Counted from the stretch's first letter, positions 34,488 to 44,784 are shown. The stretch: DNA of 64,000 nucleotides from an uncultured Planctomycetaceae bacterium (GCA_963833985.1 CAWIAD010000001.1:1280001-1344000); one strand, 5' to 3'. Numbers and translations are program-made. The notes: a model not told the origin generated them from the sequence alone.

Positions 34488-35078
34488 ATGAGCACGATCA
34501 GCCGATCACCCGGCCGGCTGCGGATCTCGGCCCAGCAGTTCGGCCGGATGCAAGACGCCGGCGTCTTCGAAGGTCAGCACGTCGAGTTGCTCGACGGGGA
34601 GCTCTACGAAGTGACCAGGAACCCGCCCCACAATGCCGCCGTCGACGCGCTCGCTGAGGCCATGCGCGCCCTGCTGCCCCGCGACCTGTACCGGGTGCGT
34701 GAAGAGAAGTCGATCGAGCCCTGGAAGGACTGGTGGCCCGAACCCGATATTGCGGTGGTGCGCGGCCAGGCCGCGGACGACTTTCATCGCCACCCGGGCC
34801 CCGCCGACATCGTGCTCGTGGCCGAGGTCTGCGAGTCCTCGCCTCAGGACCGCACCAGGAAGCTGGCCGGCTATGCCGCCGCCGGATTCGCCGCGTACTG
34901 GATCCTTGACCTGGCCCTGCGCGTCCTGGAAGTCCACACCGGCCCGGCCCTCGGCGCGTACACCTTGCGCGAGGTCGTCCTGGAAACCGAATCCGTGGAC
35001 CTGATCATCGCGGGCCGCACGTTCGGCCGCATCGCCGTCGCCGGCCTGCTGCCTCCCAGCCGTGAGGGAGGCGATTGA
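34488..35078 (+). CDS. Uma2 (DUF820) family endonuclease-fold protein
   Basis: VELLDGEL, PPHN, PEPDIAVV, LVAEV, KLAGYAAAG..AYWILDL; AAGGAG RBS. Confidence 0.9.
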   Translation: MSTISRSPGRLRISAQQFGRMQDAGVFEGQHVELLDGELYEVTRNPPHNAAVDALAEAMRALLPRDLYRVREEKSIEPWKDWWPEPDIAVVRGQAADDFHRHPGPADIVLVAEVCESSPQDRTRKLAGYAAAGFAAYWILDLALRVLEVHTGPALGAYTLREVVLETESVDLIIAGRTFGRIAVAGLLPPSREGGD

Positions 35079-35238
35079 CCACCACAATCGGTCGCGTCGC
35101 CGTGCCCCGCCGCCAGCATCGCAGACTCTTCCTCCCTGCCCGAGGAGACGCCACCCGACTCTTTCCTCGATGGGTCATCCCATCGTCTGTTCCTTCGTTG
35201 TCGAGAAGGCTGGTTTCCAGGACCAGGCGTGTTATGCT

Positions 35239-35247
35239 TGGTACAAT
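35239..35247 (+). promoter_or_regulatory. Candidate extended -10 promoter for the defence operon
   Basis: TGgTACAAT about 95 nt upstream of ATG 35341. Confidence 0.4.
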
Positions 35248-35340
35248 GCATCACACGGCGGTCGGCTTATGAACTTTGGTTCGACCGTAAGCGACGACTT
35301 GTCGCCTTTGCTTTGGAGCGAGATCAGAGCCGTGGAATCG

Positions 35341-37188
35341 ATGACCACGTTCGACAGCACCAAGGAGAGCCTGCTCGACCTTCTTCAGAGCATCAAGCAG
35401 GCGAAGACCCAGCTTCCCGACTTTCAACGGGGCTGGGTCTGGGACGACGACCACATCCGCAGCCTGCTGGCGAGCGTGTCACTCTCATTCCCCATCGGGG
35501 CGGTGATGATGCTCCAGACCGGCAACCCGGACGTTCGCTTCAAGCCACGGCTGGTCGAGGGATTGGAACTCGCAAATCCTCCCGAGCCCGAGCGGCTCAT
35601 CCTCGACGGTCAGCAGCGCCTCACTTCGCTCTTTCTGGCCTTGCTCTCCGGAGCCCCGGTCCAGACCAGGGACCGAAGAGACCACCCCATCAAGCGGTGG
35701 TACTACCTGGACATTGCCAGGGCGCTCAGTCCCAACGGTGACCGCGAGGATGCGATCGTCGGGATTCCAGAAGACCGTCAGATCCGCAACTTCCGCGGGG
35801 AAGTGGTCGCCGATTACTCGACGACCGAGAAAGAGTGTGCGGCGGAGTATCTCCCCCTGCCGCTGGTTTATGACACTGCGGGCCTGACCGACTGGCAAAT
35901 GAAGTACCTTCAAATCGACCCGGTCCATATTCAGGAGCGCCTGAATCGTTGGAACCAGCTGGTGAGCTCCGTCATCCAGCGGTTCCAGCAGTATCACATT
36001 CCATTGATTCTCATGCGAAAGCAGACGCCGAAGGAGGCTGTCTGCCAGGTGTTCGAGAAGGTCAACACGGGCGGAGTGTCGCTCAACGTCTTCGAGCTGC
36101 TCACGGCGACCTATGCCGCCGACGAGTACAACCTGCGTGAAGACTGGGATGCTCGTCTGAAGCGCCTCAAGAAGCACAAGGTCCTTGAAGAAATCGAGAG
36201 CAGCGAGTTCCTCCAGGCAGTGACCCTGCTCGCAACCCGTGCCCGTCGCGTTCAAGCCCTTGAGGCGGGAACGGCGGGAGAGAATGCGCCGGGAATTAGC
36301 TGCAAGCGGAAGGAGGTTCTCCGCCTCACGTTGGACGAATACAAGACCTGGGCCGAGGTAACGACTCACGGCTTCGAGAAGGCTTCAAAACTGCTTTTCG
36401 GGCTGAGGATCTTCTCGTCTCGGGATGTTCCCTACCGCACGCAGATCACTCCGCTGTCAGCCATCCTTGCGACGCTGGGCGGCAAATCCGAGACGGACGG
36501 TGTCCGGGCCAAACTGTCGCGCTGGTACTGGTGTGGCGTTTTTGGAGAGCTTTACGGCAGCGCCGTTGAGACTCAGTTTGCCAAGGACTTGCCCGAGTTC
36601 CTGGCCTGGCTTGAGGGCGGCCAGGAACCTTCCGCCATCAGCACGGCCAACTTCGCCCCCGAGCGCCTGCTGACCCTCAAGACCCGCAACAGCGCCGCGT
36701 ACAAGGGTCTTTATGCGCTGCTACTGAAAGAGGGCGGGCAGGATTTTCGATCAGGCGAGACGATCAACCATCAGTCCTACTTCGACGACAAGATTGACAT
36801 CCACCACATCTTTCCCCAGCAATGGTGCCGCAACAACGGCATCGAGCCCAAGCGCTGCGATTGCATCGTGAACAAGACGGCGCTGTCGGCGAAGACGAAC
36901 CGGATGATCGGCGGCGCCGCGCCGAGTGCCTATCTTGCCAGGGTTCAGAAGAGCGCGGGGATCGGTGCCGACCGGATGGACCAGATCCTGGAGTCGCACG
37001 TGATCGCCCCCGCTTTGCTCCGGGCCGACGACTTCACGGCCTTCTTCAAGGCGCGCGAGAAGGCGCTGCTGGACCGGGTAGAGGCCGCCATGGGCAAGCC
37101 CATCGCCCGCGATATCTTGCAGCCGGTGCTCGAAGAGGCGAACGACTACGAGGATGAAGAACTTGCGGACGAGGGGATGGTCGCCTGA
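35341..37188 (+). CDS. GmrSD-family protein (DUF262 plus HNH-like C-terminus); candidate type IV restriction enzyme
   Basis: LPDFQRGWVW, LDGQQRLTSL, FEKVNTGG; C-terminal DIHHIFPQ...N...N. Confidence 0.9.
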   Translation: MTTFDSTKESLLDLLQSIKQAKTQLPDFQRGWVWDDDHIRSLLASVSLSFPIGAVMMLQTGNPDVRFKPRLVEGLELANPPEPERLILDGQQRLTSLFLALLSGAPVQTRDRRDHPIKRWYYLDIARALSPNGDREDAIVGIPEDRQIRNFRGEVVADYSTTEKECAAEYLPLPLVYDTAGLTDWQMKYLQIDPVHIQERLNRWNQLVSSVIQRFQQYHIPLILMRKQTPKEAVCQVFEKVNTGGVSLNVFELLTATYAADEYNLREDWDARLKRLKKHKVLEEIESSEFLQAVTLLATRARRVQALEAGTAGENAPGISCKRKEVLRLTLDEYKTWAEVTTHGFEKASKLLFGLRIFSSRDVPYRTQITPLSAILATLGGKSETDGVRAKLSRWYWCGVFGELYGSAVETQFAKDLPEFLAWLEGGQEPSAISTANFAPERLLTLKTRNSAAYKGLYALLLKEGGQDFRSGETINHQSYFDDKIDIHHIFPQQWCRNNGIEPKRCDCIVNKTALSAKTNRMIGGAAPSAYLARVQKSAGIGADRMDQILESHVIAPALLRADDFTAFFKAREKALLDRVEAAMGKPIARDILQPVLEEANDYEDEELADEGMVA

Positions 37189-37238
37189 CCCTTGCGAGTC
37201 TTGTGGATGCCCGATCCCGTCACCAGGTGAGACGAACG

Positions 37239-39977
37239 ATGGCCAGGAAGAAGAAGTCGGCAGTAGCCCCCGATTACGACGAGTTCCGGCATCCCGAGGC
37301 GACCAGCCCGATGCGGCCCGAGGTCGGCACTCAGGCCCAGTTCAAGAAGAAGAAGCCGCCGGTGACCTACCGGTATGATAGCTCGCTCTCACCGGCCCTG
37401 GACTGGGACGGCCAGAACCCGGCCCGCGAGCAGGGCGAAGCGATCATCGCTGCTCTCACGGAGCGGCTTGCCGAGATGCGCGCGGCGCTCGACGAGCCAG
37501 GACTCGACCCGACTGTGCGCGACAAGCTGGCGTCGGCCACCGGCCAGTGCGTCGCGCTGCTGGATCGGCTCAAGGCCATGTCGCGCCCGTTTCTGAACTG
37601 GGCCGGTAAGGCCGAGCGGCTGTCATTCGACGTGCCAACGCTGCCGCTCTTCGTCCACGAGCGACTCTCGACCAAGGCCATCATCGAAACGCTCAGCGGA
37701 CACCGCCGTTCCCGGGAAACACAGCTCAACTTCCTGAATTTCTTCGGCGACCCACGCCACCCGATCTCGGACCAGATCTTGAGGGCGTACGAGTACCGCG
37801 ACAACTGGGTCAACCGCATGATTTTGGGTGACTCGCTCGTCGTCATGAACTCGCTGCTGCACTACGAGAACCTTGGCGGCCAGGTGCAGATGGTTTACAT
37901 GGACCCGCCGTATGGCGTCAGGTACGGATCGAATTTCCAGCCATTCATACGAAGGAGAGATATCTCTAACGGCGATGACGAAGACATGACGCGCGAACCG
38001 GAAATGGTTCAGGCATATCGCGATACATGGCATTTTGGCCTTCATTCGTACCTTACCTACTTCAGAAATCGCCTCCTTCTCGCTAGGGAACTGCTTAGCC
38101 CTCAAGGCAGTGCCTTCGTTCAAATCTCAGATGATAACCTACATCATGTGCGAGAGTTACTCGACGAGGTGTTCGGTCCCGACAATTTTGTATGCGTGAT
38201 AACCTTGAAGAAAACGACGGGGAGTACGTCTGTGTTTCTCTCGTCGACCGCTGACTATCTACTTTGGTACGGCAAGGACGTCACGCAAACCAAGTACAAA
38301 CGGCTCTATACGCTAAAGATTCATCTTGACGAGACGACAGAGCGCTATGATCAACTCGAGCTCGGCGACGGGACTCGGAGGCCGATGAGTGTAGCCGAAA
38401 AGAACGGGGAAATCGCGTTGCCTATCGGCTCACGACGGTATCAACTCGACAACCTTACGAGCTCCGAGTACCGCCCAGATACAACAGTCTCATTCGCATT
38501 CGAGGGCCGCTCATACTTCCCGGGCAACAACGCGCACTGGAAGACCACTATTGAGTCCCTGAATAACCTCGGTCGTAGTAGACGCCTTCAGGCCACCGGA
38601 GGAAAATCGTTGAGATTCGTCAAGTTTCTCGACGATTTTCCGGCCACACCGGTTGGGAACATTTGGTCGGACATCGCCGGATCAATTCAAAGTCGGAGCG
38701 ACCCAAAAATCTACGTGGTTCAAACTTCGACCTCGTCTGTACAGCGCTGCATGCTCATGACAACCGACCCCGGCGATCTTGTCCTCGATCCCACCTGCGG
38801 CAGCGGCACAACGGCTTACGTTGCCGAGCAATGGGGCCGGCGCTGGATCACGATTGATACGAGCCGGGTCCCGCTGGCCCTGGCCCGGCAACGACTGCTC
38901 ACGGCGACCTTCCCTTACCACCGGCTCGCGGATGAGAAGCGCGGGCCGATCGGAGGGTTCGTCTACAAGCGAAAGCAAAACAGCAAGGGCGAGGAGGTCG
39001 GCGGCATCGTGCCGCACATCACGCTCAAGTCGATCGCCAACAACGAGCCGCCGGCCGAGGAGGTGCTCGTCGACCGGCCCGAGGTCGAAGGGGGCATCAC
39101 GCGGGTGACGGGTCCGTTTGTCGTCGAGGGTACGATTCCGCCGCCGGTCGACGTGCCTGCGGAGGCCGAGGAAGCCGGGAAACCGCTCTCCGGCGGCGAC
39201 GGTAGGTTCTCGGAACGGATGCTCGAGGTCCTGCGCAGGAGCCCGGTGCTCCGGCTCGATGGCAACCGGACGGTGATCTTCAAGAACGTCCGGCCGCCGG
39301 CCAAGGCGCACTCGCTCGACGCCGAGGCGATCCAGGAGGGGGACGGCGACCCGCTGGTCGCGTTCGCCTTCGGCCCGGAGAACGGCGCGGTCACCGAGAC
39401 GCTGGTGCACCAGGCCCTTCGCGAGGCGAACCTCAAGGGCTATGCCAATCTCTACGTCATGGGCTTCGCCATCCAGCCCAACGTGCGCAAGCTGGTCGAC
39501 GACGCCGCGGAGATGGGCACGCCCGCCACCTACGTTCAGGCCACGCCCGACCTGATGATGGGCGACCTGCTCAAGAACATGCGCTCGAGCCAGATCTTCA
39601 GCGTCTGCGGGCTGCCCGAGATCGAACTTCGCAAGACGGGCGACGGCCGCTGTGAGGTGGAATTGCTGGGCCTTGACGTGTTCGACCCGGTCACCATGGA
39701 GGTGGCGCACCGGGGAGGCGACGACGTCCCCGCCTGGTTCCTGGACACCGATTACAATAACCTCTGCTTCCACGTCTGCCAGGCCTTCTTCCCGCGCACC
39801 TCCGCCTGGGATAACCTGAAACGTGCGCTCAAGGGAGTTTACGACGACTCGGTCTGGGACCATCTGGCAGGTACGGTCAGCACCCCATTCGAGCCGGGCG
39901 AGCACAGTCAAATTGCAGTGAAGGTGATCGATGACCGGGGAAATGAATTGCTGGTGGTGAAGCCATGCCCGAGCTAA
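37239..39977 (+). CDS. mod: Type III RM modification subunit (amino-methyltransferase, beta class)
   Basis: YMDPPYG precedes VLDPTCGSGTT; intervening TRD; IAVKVIDDRGNE C-terminus. Confidence 0.92.
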   Translation: MARKKKSAVAPDYDEFRHPEATSPMRPEVGTQAQFKKKKPPVTYRYDSSLSPALDWDGQNPAREQGEAIIAALTERLAEMRAALDEPGLDPTVRDKLASATGQCVALLDRLKAMSRPFLNWAGKAERLSFDVPTLPLFVHERLSTKAIIETLSGHRRSRETQLNFLNFFGDPRHPISDQILRAYEYRDNWVNRMILGDSLVVMNSLLHYENLGGQVQMVYMDPPYGVRYGSNFQPFIRRRDISNGDDEDMTREPEMVQAYRDTWHFGLHSYLTYFRNRLLLARELLSPQGSAFVQISDDNLHHVRELLDEVFGPDNFVCVITLKKTTGSTSVFLSSTADYLLWYGKDVTQTKYKRLYTLKIHLDETTERYDQLELGDGTRRPMSVAEKNGEIALPIGSRRYQLDNLTSSEYRPDTTVSFAFEGRSYFPGNNAHWKTTIESLNNLGRSRRLQATGGKSLRFVKFLDDFPATPVGNIWSDIAGSIQSRSDPKIYVVQTSTSSVQRCMLMTTDPGDLVLDPTCGSGTTAYVAEQWGRRWITIDTSRVPLALARQRLLTATFPYHRLADEKRGPIGGFVYKRKQNSKGEEVGGIVPHITLKSIANNEPPAEEVLVDRPEVEGGITRVTGPFVVEGTIPPPVDVPAEAEEAGKPLSGGDGRFSERMLEVLRRSPVLRLDGNRTVIFKNVRPPAKAHSLDAEAIQEGDGDPLVAFAFGPENGAVTETLVHQALREANLKGYANLYVMGFAIQPNVRKLVDDAAEMGTPATYVQATPDLMMGDLLKNMRSSQIFSVCGLPEIELRKTGDGRCEVELLGLDVFDPVTMEVAHRGGDDVPAWFLDTDYNNLCFHVCQAFFPRTSAWDNLKRALKGVYDDSVWDHLAGTVSTPFEPGEHSQIAVKVIDDRGNELLVVKPCPS

Positions 39978-40282
39978 GACGACTCCCCGTCGCGATCGAT
40001 CCGCAACAGATCGCCGCCTTTTGCCGGAAGCACCACATGAGGCGGCTGAGCCTCTTCGGCTCGGTGCTTCGAGACGATTTCCGGGCGGACAGCGACGTCG
40101 ATGTTCTGGTCGAGTTCGAGCCCGGTCACACTCCAGGCTGGCATTTCTTCGAGATGCAGGACGAGCTCAGCGAACTGCTCGGCCGGACGGTCGATCTGAA
40201 CACTCCCGAGTTCTTGAGCCGTTACTTTCGCGACGAGGTCCTGGCAGGAGCCCTCTCAATCTATGAATCCGAACGAGGCTGA
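39965..40282 (+). CDS. MNT minimal nucleotidyltransferase antitoxin (MntA-like)
   Basis: LFGSVLRDDFRADSDVDVLVEF = GS-x10-DxD; LLGRTVDL. Confidence 0.93.
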   Translation: MPELRRLPVAIDPQQIAAFCRKHHMRRLSLFGSVLRDDFRADSDVDVLVEFEPGHTPGWHFFEMQDELSELLGRTVDLNTPEFLSRYFRDEVLAGALSIYESERG

Positions 40283-40616
40283 CCGGCTGCGGCACATGCT
40301 CGACGCGGCCCAAGCGGCCATCGCGTTTGCGGCCGGCAAGTCGCGGGCGGATCTGGAGGCGGACCGGATGCTCCAGTTCGCGCTGGTTCGTGCCGTCGAG
40401 GTGATCGGCGAGGCCGCCAGCGGACTTCCGCCCGAATACAAGGCCGGTCACACTGGCATTCCATGGAGGGCGATCGTGGGCATGCGGAATCGTTTGATCC
40501 ACGGCTATTTTCAGGTGGACCTGAACATCCTCTGGGAGACGGTGACACGGGACATCCCCGCGCTGATCCCTGAGTTGCAAGCATTGACCCGTTCCCATCA
40601 GGCACCCCCACCATGA
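40263..40616 (+). CDS. HEPN (DUF86, HepT-like) RNase toxin
   Basis: IGEAA, IPWRAIVGMRNRLIHGY = R-x4-H-x-Y. Confidence 0.93.
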   Translation: MNPNEADRLRHMLDAAQAAIAFAAGKSRADLEADRMLQFALVRAVEVIGEAASGLPPEYKAGHTGIPWRAIVGMRNRLIHGYFQVDLNILWETVTRDIPALIPELQALTRSHQAPPP

Positions 40617-43600
40617 GCGGCTACGAGGTCCCCCAGCCAATCCTGAATTCCCCCTTCGAGCCGCCGGCCGAACACTGGCATATCGTCGAGGGCGAGCCGC
40701 CCGAGCGCGTGCAGAGTCGGCGCAGGGCCATCTACTATTACCGCGACCCGAAGGCGAAGAACGCTCAAGGGCAGGTCGGCGGCATCCCCGTCGAGCTGGA
40801 GCTGGTCAACCTGATCCGGGAGCGGCTCGACGATTGGCGTGAGAAAGGCTACCCGGGAGTCACCCGCACCACCCTGGAACTGCTCCACTGGTGGAATCGC
40901 GAGGGCCGGGACCGGCGGCTGTTCTTCGCCCAGCGGGAGGCGGCCGAGACGATCATCTTCCTGACCGAGGCTCGTGGTGACTTTCGCCAGGGCATCACGA
41001 TCCCGCGGGACGATCCCAGCGAGTCCGAGAAGGCCGACGGGTACTCCGGTTTCCTTCGCTATGCCTGCAAGATGGCCACCGGCTCCGGCAAGACGACCGT
41101 GATGGGCATGCTGGCCGCGTGGAGCATCCTCAACAAGGTCAATGATCGCTCCGATGCCCGGTTCTCGGATGTCGTGCTGATCGTTTGCCCCAACGTCACG
41201 ATCCGCGACCGGCTTCGCGAGCTCGACCCCGAGGGTGGCGACGCCAGCCTCTACCGGACGCGCGACCTCGTGCCTGCGGACCTCATGAAACTGCTGACCC
41301 AGGGCAAGGTGATCGTCACCAACTGGCACGTCTTCGAGCCTCAGGCCGTGAACACCGGGGGCGTGAATTCCAAGGTGAACCGGGCCGGAGTTCCACAGCC
41401 AACCCGCGAGTGGATCTTGATCGGCGGCAAGACGACCACGGCCCGAGGGTCGCGGTACATGACCCAGGTCGCTCTCGACGCGGCGATGGCCGCCGGCAAT
41501 CTGGTTGTGCTCAGGCAAGAGCTCGACGATGCCGGGAATCTCAAGAAAGTTCTCGTGCGGTCGGAAAAGCGCGTCGAGAGTGACACGGCGCTCGTCAACC
41601 GCATCATCGGGCGGGAGGTCGGCGGCAAGCAGAACATCCTCGTGATGAACGATGAGGCCCACCACGCCTACCGGATCAAGCTCGCGGATGCAAACGGCGA
41701 ACAGGCCGAACTCTTCGACGAGGAATTCGAGGACGCGGAAGATATCGAGGCGTTCGAAAAGGAGGCGACGGTCTGGATCGACGGGCTGGACCGAATTCAG
41801 AAGATGCGGGGAATCAACCTCTGCATCGACCTCTCCGCGACCCCTTACTTCCTGGGCCGGGTTGGACAGGAGGCCAACCGGCCATTCCCGTGGGTGGTCA
41901 GCGACTTCGGCCTGATCGACGCGATCGAGTCCGGCCTGGTGAAGATTCCTCAGCTCGCCGTCCGCGACACGACGGGAGCGGCAATCCCGGGCTACTTCAA
42001 TATCTGGCACTGGATCTTGCCCAGGCTTACGCCGGCCGAGCGCGGGGGCAAGCGGGCCAACCCCAAGCCCGAGGCGATCCTGAAGTGGGCCCACACCCCG
42101 ATCGCCATGCTGGGCGGCCTCTGGGAGGCCACGATCGAGGAATGGAACCAGGGAGGCGAGGCCCGGCCGCCGGTCTTCATCCTCGTCTGCAAGAACACGG
42201 CGATCGGAAAGGTCGTTTACGAGTGGCTGGCCGAGGACAAGTCCCCGGCGGGCATCCCGTCCGTCAAGGTCGATGCCTTCCGCAACCGCGATGGACAGGT
42301 CAACACAATCCGGATTGACTCCAAGAAGGTTCACGAGACCGACACCGGTGAGGCCAAGGCCGACGAGACGCGTTGGATGCGGTTCACGCTGGACACGGTG
42401 GGGAAGGCCGACTGGCCCCGGGATCGACAGGGCCGGTCGATTTATCCCGACGGGTTCGAGGATCTGGCCAGGAAGGTCGAGCGGCCTCTTGATCCACCGG
42501 GCCGAGACATCCGCTGCATCGTGAGCGTGGGCATGCTCACCGAAGGGTGGGACTGCAACACGGTGACGCACATCATTGGCCTGCGGCCGTTCATGTCGCA
42601 ACTGCTCTGTGAGCAGGTCGTGGGCCGCGGATTGCGGCGTGCGAGCTACGAGGTCGACGACAACGGCCTGCTCCGCGAGGAGGTGGCCAAGGTCTTCGGC
42701 GTACCGTTCGAGGTCATCCCGTTCAAGGCCAATCCCCAGGGAGCGCCACCGCCCCAGAAACCGCGCAGGCACGTGCACGCCGTTCCAGCCAAAGCGGCCT
42801 TCGAGGTCAGGTTCCCGCGAGTTGAGCGTTATACCACCGCGATCCGCAATCGAGTCGCGGTGGACTGGCCAAACGTGCCCAAGCTTGTGATTGATCCCGG
42901 CCACATCCCGCCCGAGGTCGAGATGAGAGCCTTGAGCGTCAACAACAGGGGCCGCCTCTCCCTGACAGGCCCGGGAAGGGCCGACGAAGTGTCGTTGGCC
43001 GAGTTCCGGAGCAAGCGTCGATTGCAGGAGCTGACCTTCGACCTGGCACGTTCTCTGACACGCGACTACCTTGCCCAGGCTCGCTGCGACGTACCTGCCC
43101 ACGTTCTCTTTCCTCAACTCCAGCCGATCTGCGAGCGTTACGTCCGGGAGTTTGTAACGGTTCTCAAGCCGGCCGATCGAAAGGATCTGTTTTGCAGTCC
43201 ATACTATGGGTGGCTCGTCGAGCGTCTCGTCGAGGCAATCCGGCCTGACACGACCCAGGGCGAGGCGCCCGAGGTCCCAAAGTACGAGGAGAGCCGTGGC
43301 CCGGGCAGCACGGCCGACGTTGATCTCTGGACCACCAAGGAGGTCCGCGAGGTCAACAAGTCCCATCTGAACTATGTCGTCGCCGACACCCGACGCTGGG
43401 AGGAGCAAGCGGCTTATTATCTGGACACGAACGACAATGTCGAGGCCTTCGTGAAGAACCAGGGGCTGAACTTCACCATCCCCTACCTCCACAACGGCCA
43501 GGCCCACGACTACGTCCCCGACTTCATCGTCCGGCTCAAGACGGCCCCGCCCATGCACTTGATCCTCGAGACAAAGGGCTTTGACCCCCTCGAGGAAGTC

Positions 43601-43765
43601 AAGCGAGCGGCCGCAGAGCGATGGGTGGCCGCCGTCAACGCAGATGGGAGCTATGGGAGTTGGGCGTATGCGATTGCGAGGAGGATGACGGAGGTTAACA
43701 GGATTGTCGAAGGAGCTTCTCGTCAAGACTTGATCGCGACGATGACTCCGATGCCTCACACATGA
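40613..43765 (+). CDS. res: Type III RM restriction subunit (SF2 helicase plus PD-(D/E)XK nuclease; BPTD_3080-like)
   Basis: MATGSGKT, NDEAHH, LSATP, MLTEGWD, EQVVGRGLRR, YVPDF...LETKG. Confidence 0.93.
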   Translation: MSGYEVPQPILNSPFEPPAEHWHIVEGEPPERVQSRRRAIYYYRDPKAKNAQGQVGGIPVELELVNLIRERLDDWREKGYPGVTRTTLELLHWWNREGRDRRLFFAQREAAETIIFLTEARGDFRQGITIPRDDPSESEKADGYSGFLRYACKMATGSGKTTVMGMLAAWSILNKVNDRSDARFSDVVLIVCPNVTIRDRLRELDPEGGDASLYRTRDLVPADLMKLLTQGKVIVTNWHVFEPQAVNTGGVNSKVNRAGVPQPTREWILIGGKTTTARGSRYMTQVALDAAMAAGNLVVLRQELDDAGNLKKVLVRSEKRVESDTALVNRIIGREVGGKQNILVMNDEAHHAYRIKLADANGEQAELFDEEFEDAEDIEAFEKEATVWIDGLDRIQKMRGINLCIDLSATPYFLGRVGQEANRPFPWVVSDFGLIDAIESGLVKIPQLAVRDTTGAAIPGYFNIWHWILPRLTPAERGGKRANPKPEAILKWAHTPIAMLGGLWEATIEEWNQGGEARPPVFILVCKNTAIGKVVYEWLAEDKSPAGIPSVKVDAFRNRDGQVNTIRIDSKKVHETDTGEAKADETRWMRFTLDTVGKADWPRDRQGRSIYPDGFEDLARKVERPLDPPGRDIRCIVSVGMLTEGWDCNTVTHIIGLRPFMSQLLCEQVVGRGLRRASYEVDDNGLLREEVAKVFGVPFEVIPFKANPQGAPPPQKPRRHVHAVPAKAAFEVRFPRVERYTTAIRNRVAVDWPNVPKLVIDPGHIPPEVEMRALSVNNRGRLSLTGPGRADEVSLAEFRSKRRLQELTFDLARSLTRDYLAQARCDVPAHVLFPQLQPICERYVREFVTVLKPADRKDLFCSPYYGWLVERLVEAIRPDTTQGEAPEVPKYEESRGPGSTADVDLWTTKEVREVNKSHLNYVVADTRRWEEQAAYYLDTNDNVEAFVKNQGLNFTIPYLHNGQAHDYVPDFIVRLKTAPPMHLILETKGFDPLEEVKRAAAERWVAAVNADGSYGSWAYAIARRMTEVNRIVEGASRQDLIATMTPMPHT

Positions 43766-43819
43766 GTGCTTATCAGGTTTTTGCTTAACATGCTTAAGAA
43801 GCCGATCGGAGGGTGTGCC

Positions 43820-44342
43820 TCACTTTTTTGGTCGGAGGGATCTCTTGCCGTAGTAAGACACGACTCCCTGGATCAGACCTCCGAAAATCAGGGAACCAAG
43901 CCCCAGGTCCGCCACGAGCTTCTGGCCCAGCAAAGAGCCCGGGGCGACAAACGCCGCGTAGCTCACGATCACCCCCCCCAACCGTCACGCAGATGAAGGA
44001 GAAGACGTTGAAGCTTGTGGCCCACGAGTAGGAAGTTTCCAGACGTGCAAGAGATTCGCTCTGCTCCGACAGGCTTCCCCGCAGGCTCTGGTTGGTTCTC
44101 TCATACTCCGCTATCACCACGGTTCGGAGACTATGGATCTCCTTCTCCAGCCTCAGCTTGTCCGCCTGCAATTCCTCGATATGTTTGTCAGCCCTTGCCT
44201 CGAGGCGATCGGTGGGGCTTAGCTTCTGCTTCAGTCCATCCGCAAGTCTCGTGAGGTTGAGGGGTGGTTCGGCGTCCGGACCTGGTTGTATGACCGCTGG
44301 GGGAAGGGGTGCGGCCTTGATCGTGGAATCACTCGATGACAT
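43820..44342 (-). CDS. Coiled-coil plus two-TM hypothetical protein; frameshift at a G8 tract (43972-43979)
   Basis: Heptad-like KHIEELQADKLRLEKEIHSL; removing one G gives FSFICVTVGGVIVSYAAF...LGLGSLIFGGLIQGVVSYYGKRSLRPKK*. Confidence 0.55.
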
Positions 44343-44355
44343 CACTCTTCCCAAG

Positions 44356-44784
44356 TCAGCGGGAGCCGCTCGCCGCTTCGGTGGCAACGGGAACACGATC
44401 ACCGTGGTCGAATCCCACGATCTCGCGAATGAACCTGTAGTCTTTACCGAGGACCGCAAGTCGTTCACCGCTCGCGAAGACCCGGATTGCCTCCTCGTAA
44501 AGCGACAAAGCCTTCAGCAGGATGTCCTCCTTCGGATCCCGAGTTCGAGACGCCAGTTGATCGAGAGCCTCTGTGACCGCCTCGGTAAATCCCACCTCTC
44601 GAAACGCGCTGGCAATTGATCCGCGCAGGTGAGCGGCCAGTTTGTTCTCCAATTCTTTTGATAAGAGCTTCTCGACCACCTCCTCGGTGGACTTCTGGAT
44701 GAATGCGAAGAGCGTCTCGAGATCTTCACGAGGAAACCTGTTGAAGATCTCTCTGATTCGTTGATCCTCGGGGGTTTCAGGCAT
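44356..44784 (-). CDS. Hypothetical protein with possible ribbon-helix-helix C-terminal domain
   Basis: VGFTEAVTEALDQLASRTRDPKEDILLKALSLY resembles CopG/RHH spacing. Confidence 0.55.
   Translation of the reverse strand: MPETPEDQRIREIFNRFPREDLETLFAFIQKSTEEVVEKLLSKELENKLAAHLRGSIASAFREVGFTEAVTEALDQLASRTRDPKEDILLKALSLYEEAIRVFASGERLAVLGKDYRFIREIVGFDHGDRVPVATEAASGSR

Noticed and set aside
34488..35078. Uma2 as a dedicated part of the RM operon
   Set aside because: Uma2 genes are typically multi-copy in such genomes; it is separated by about 260 bp containing a candidate promoter.
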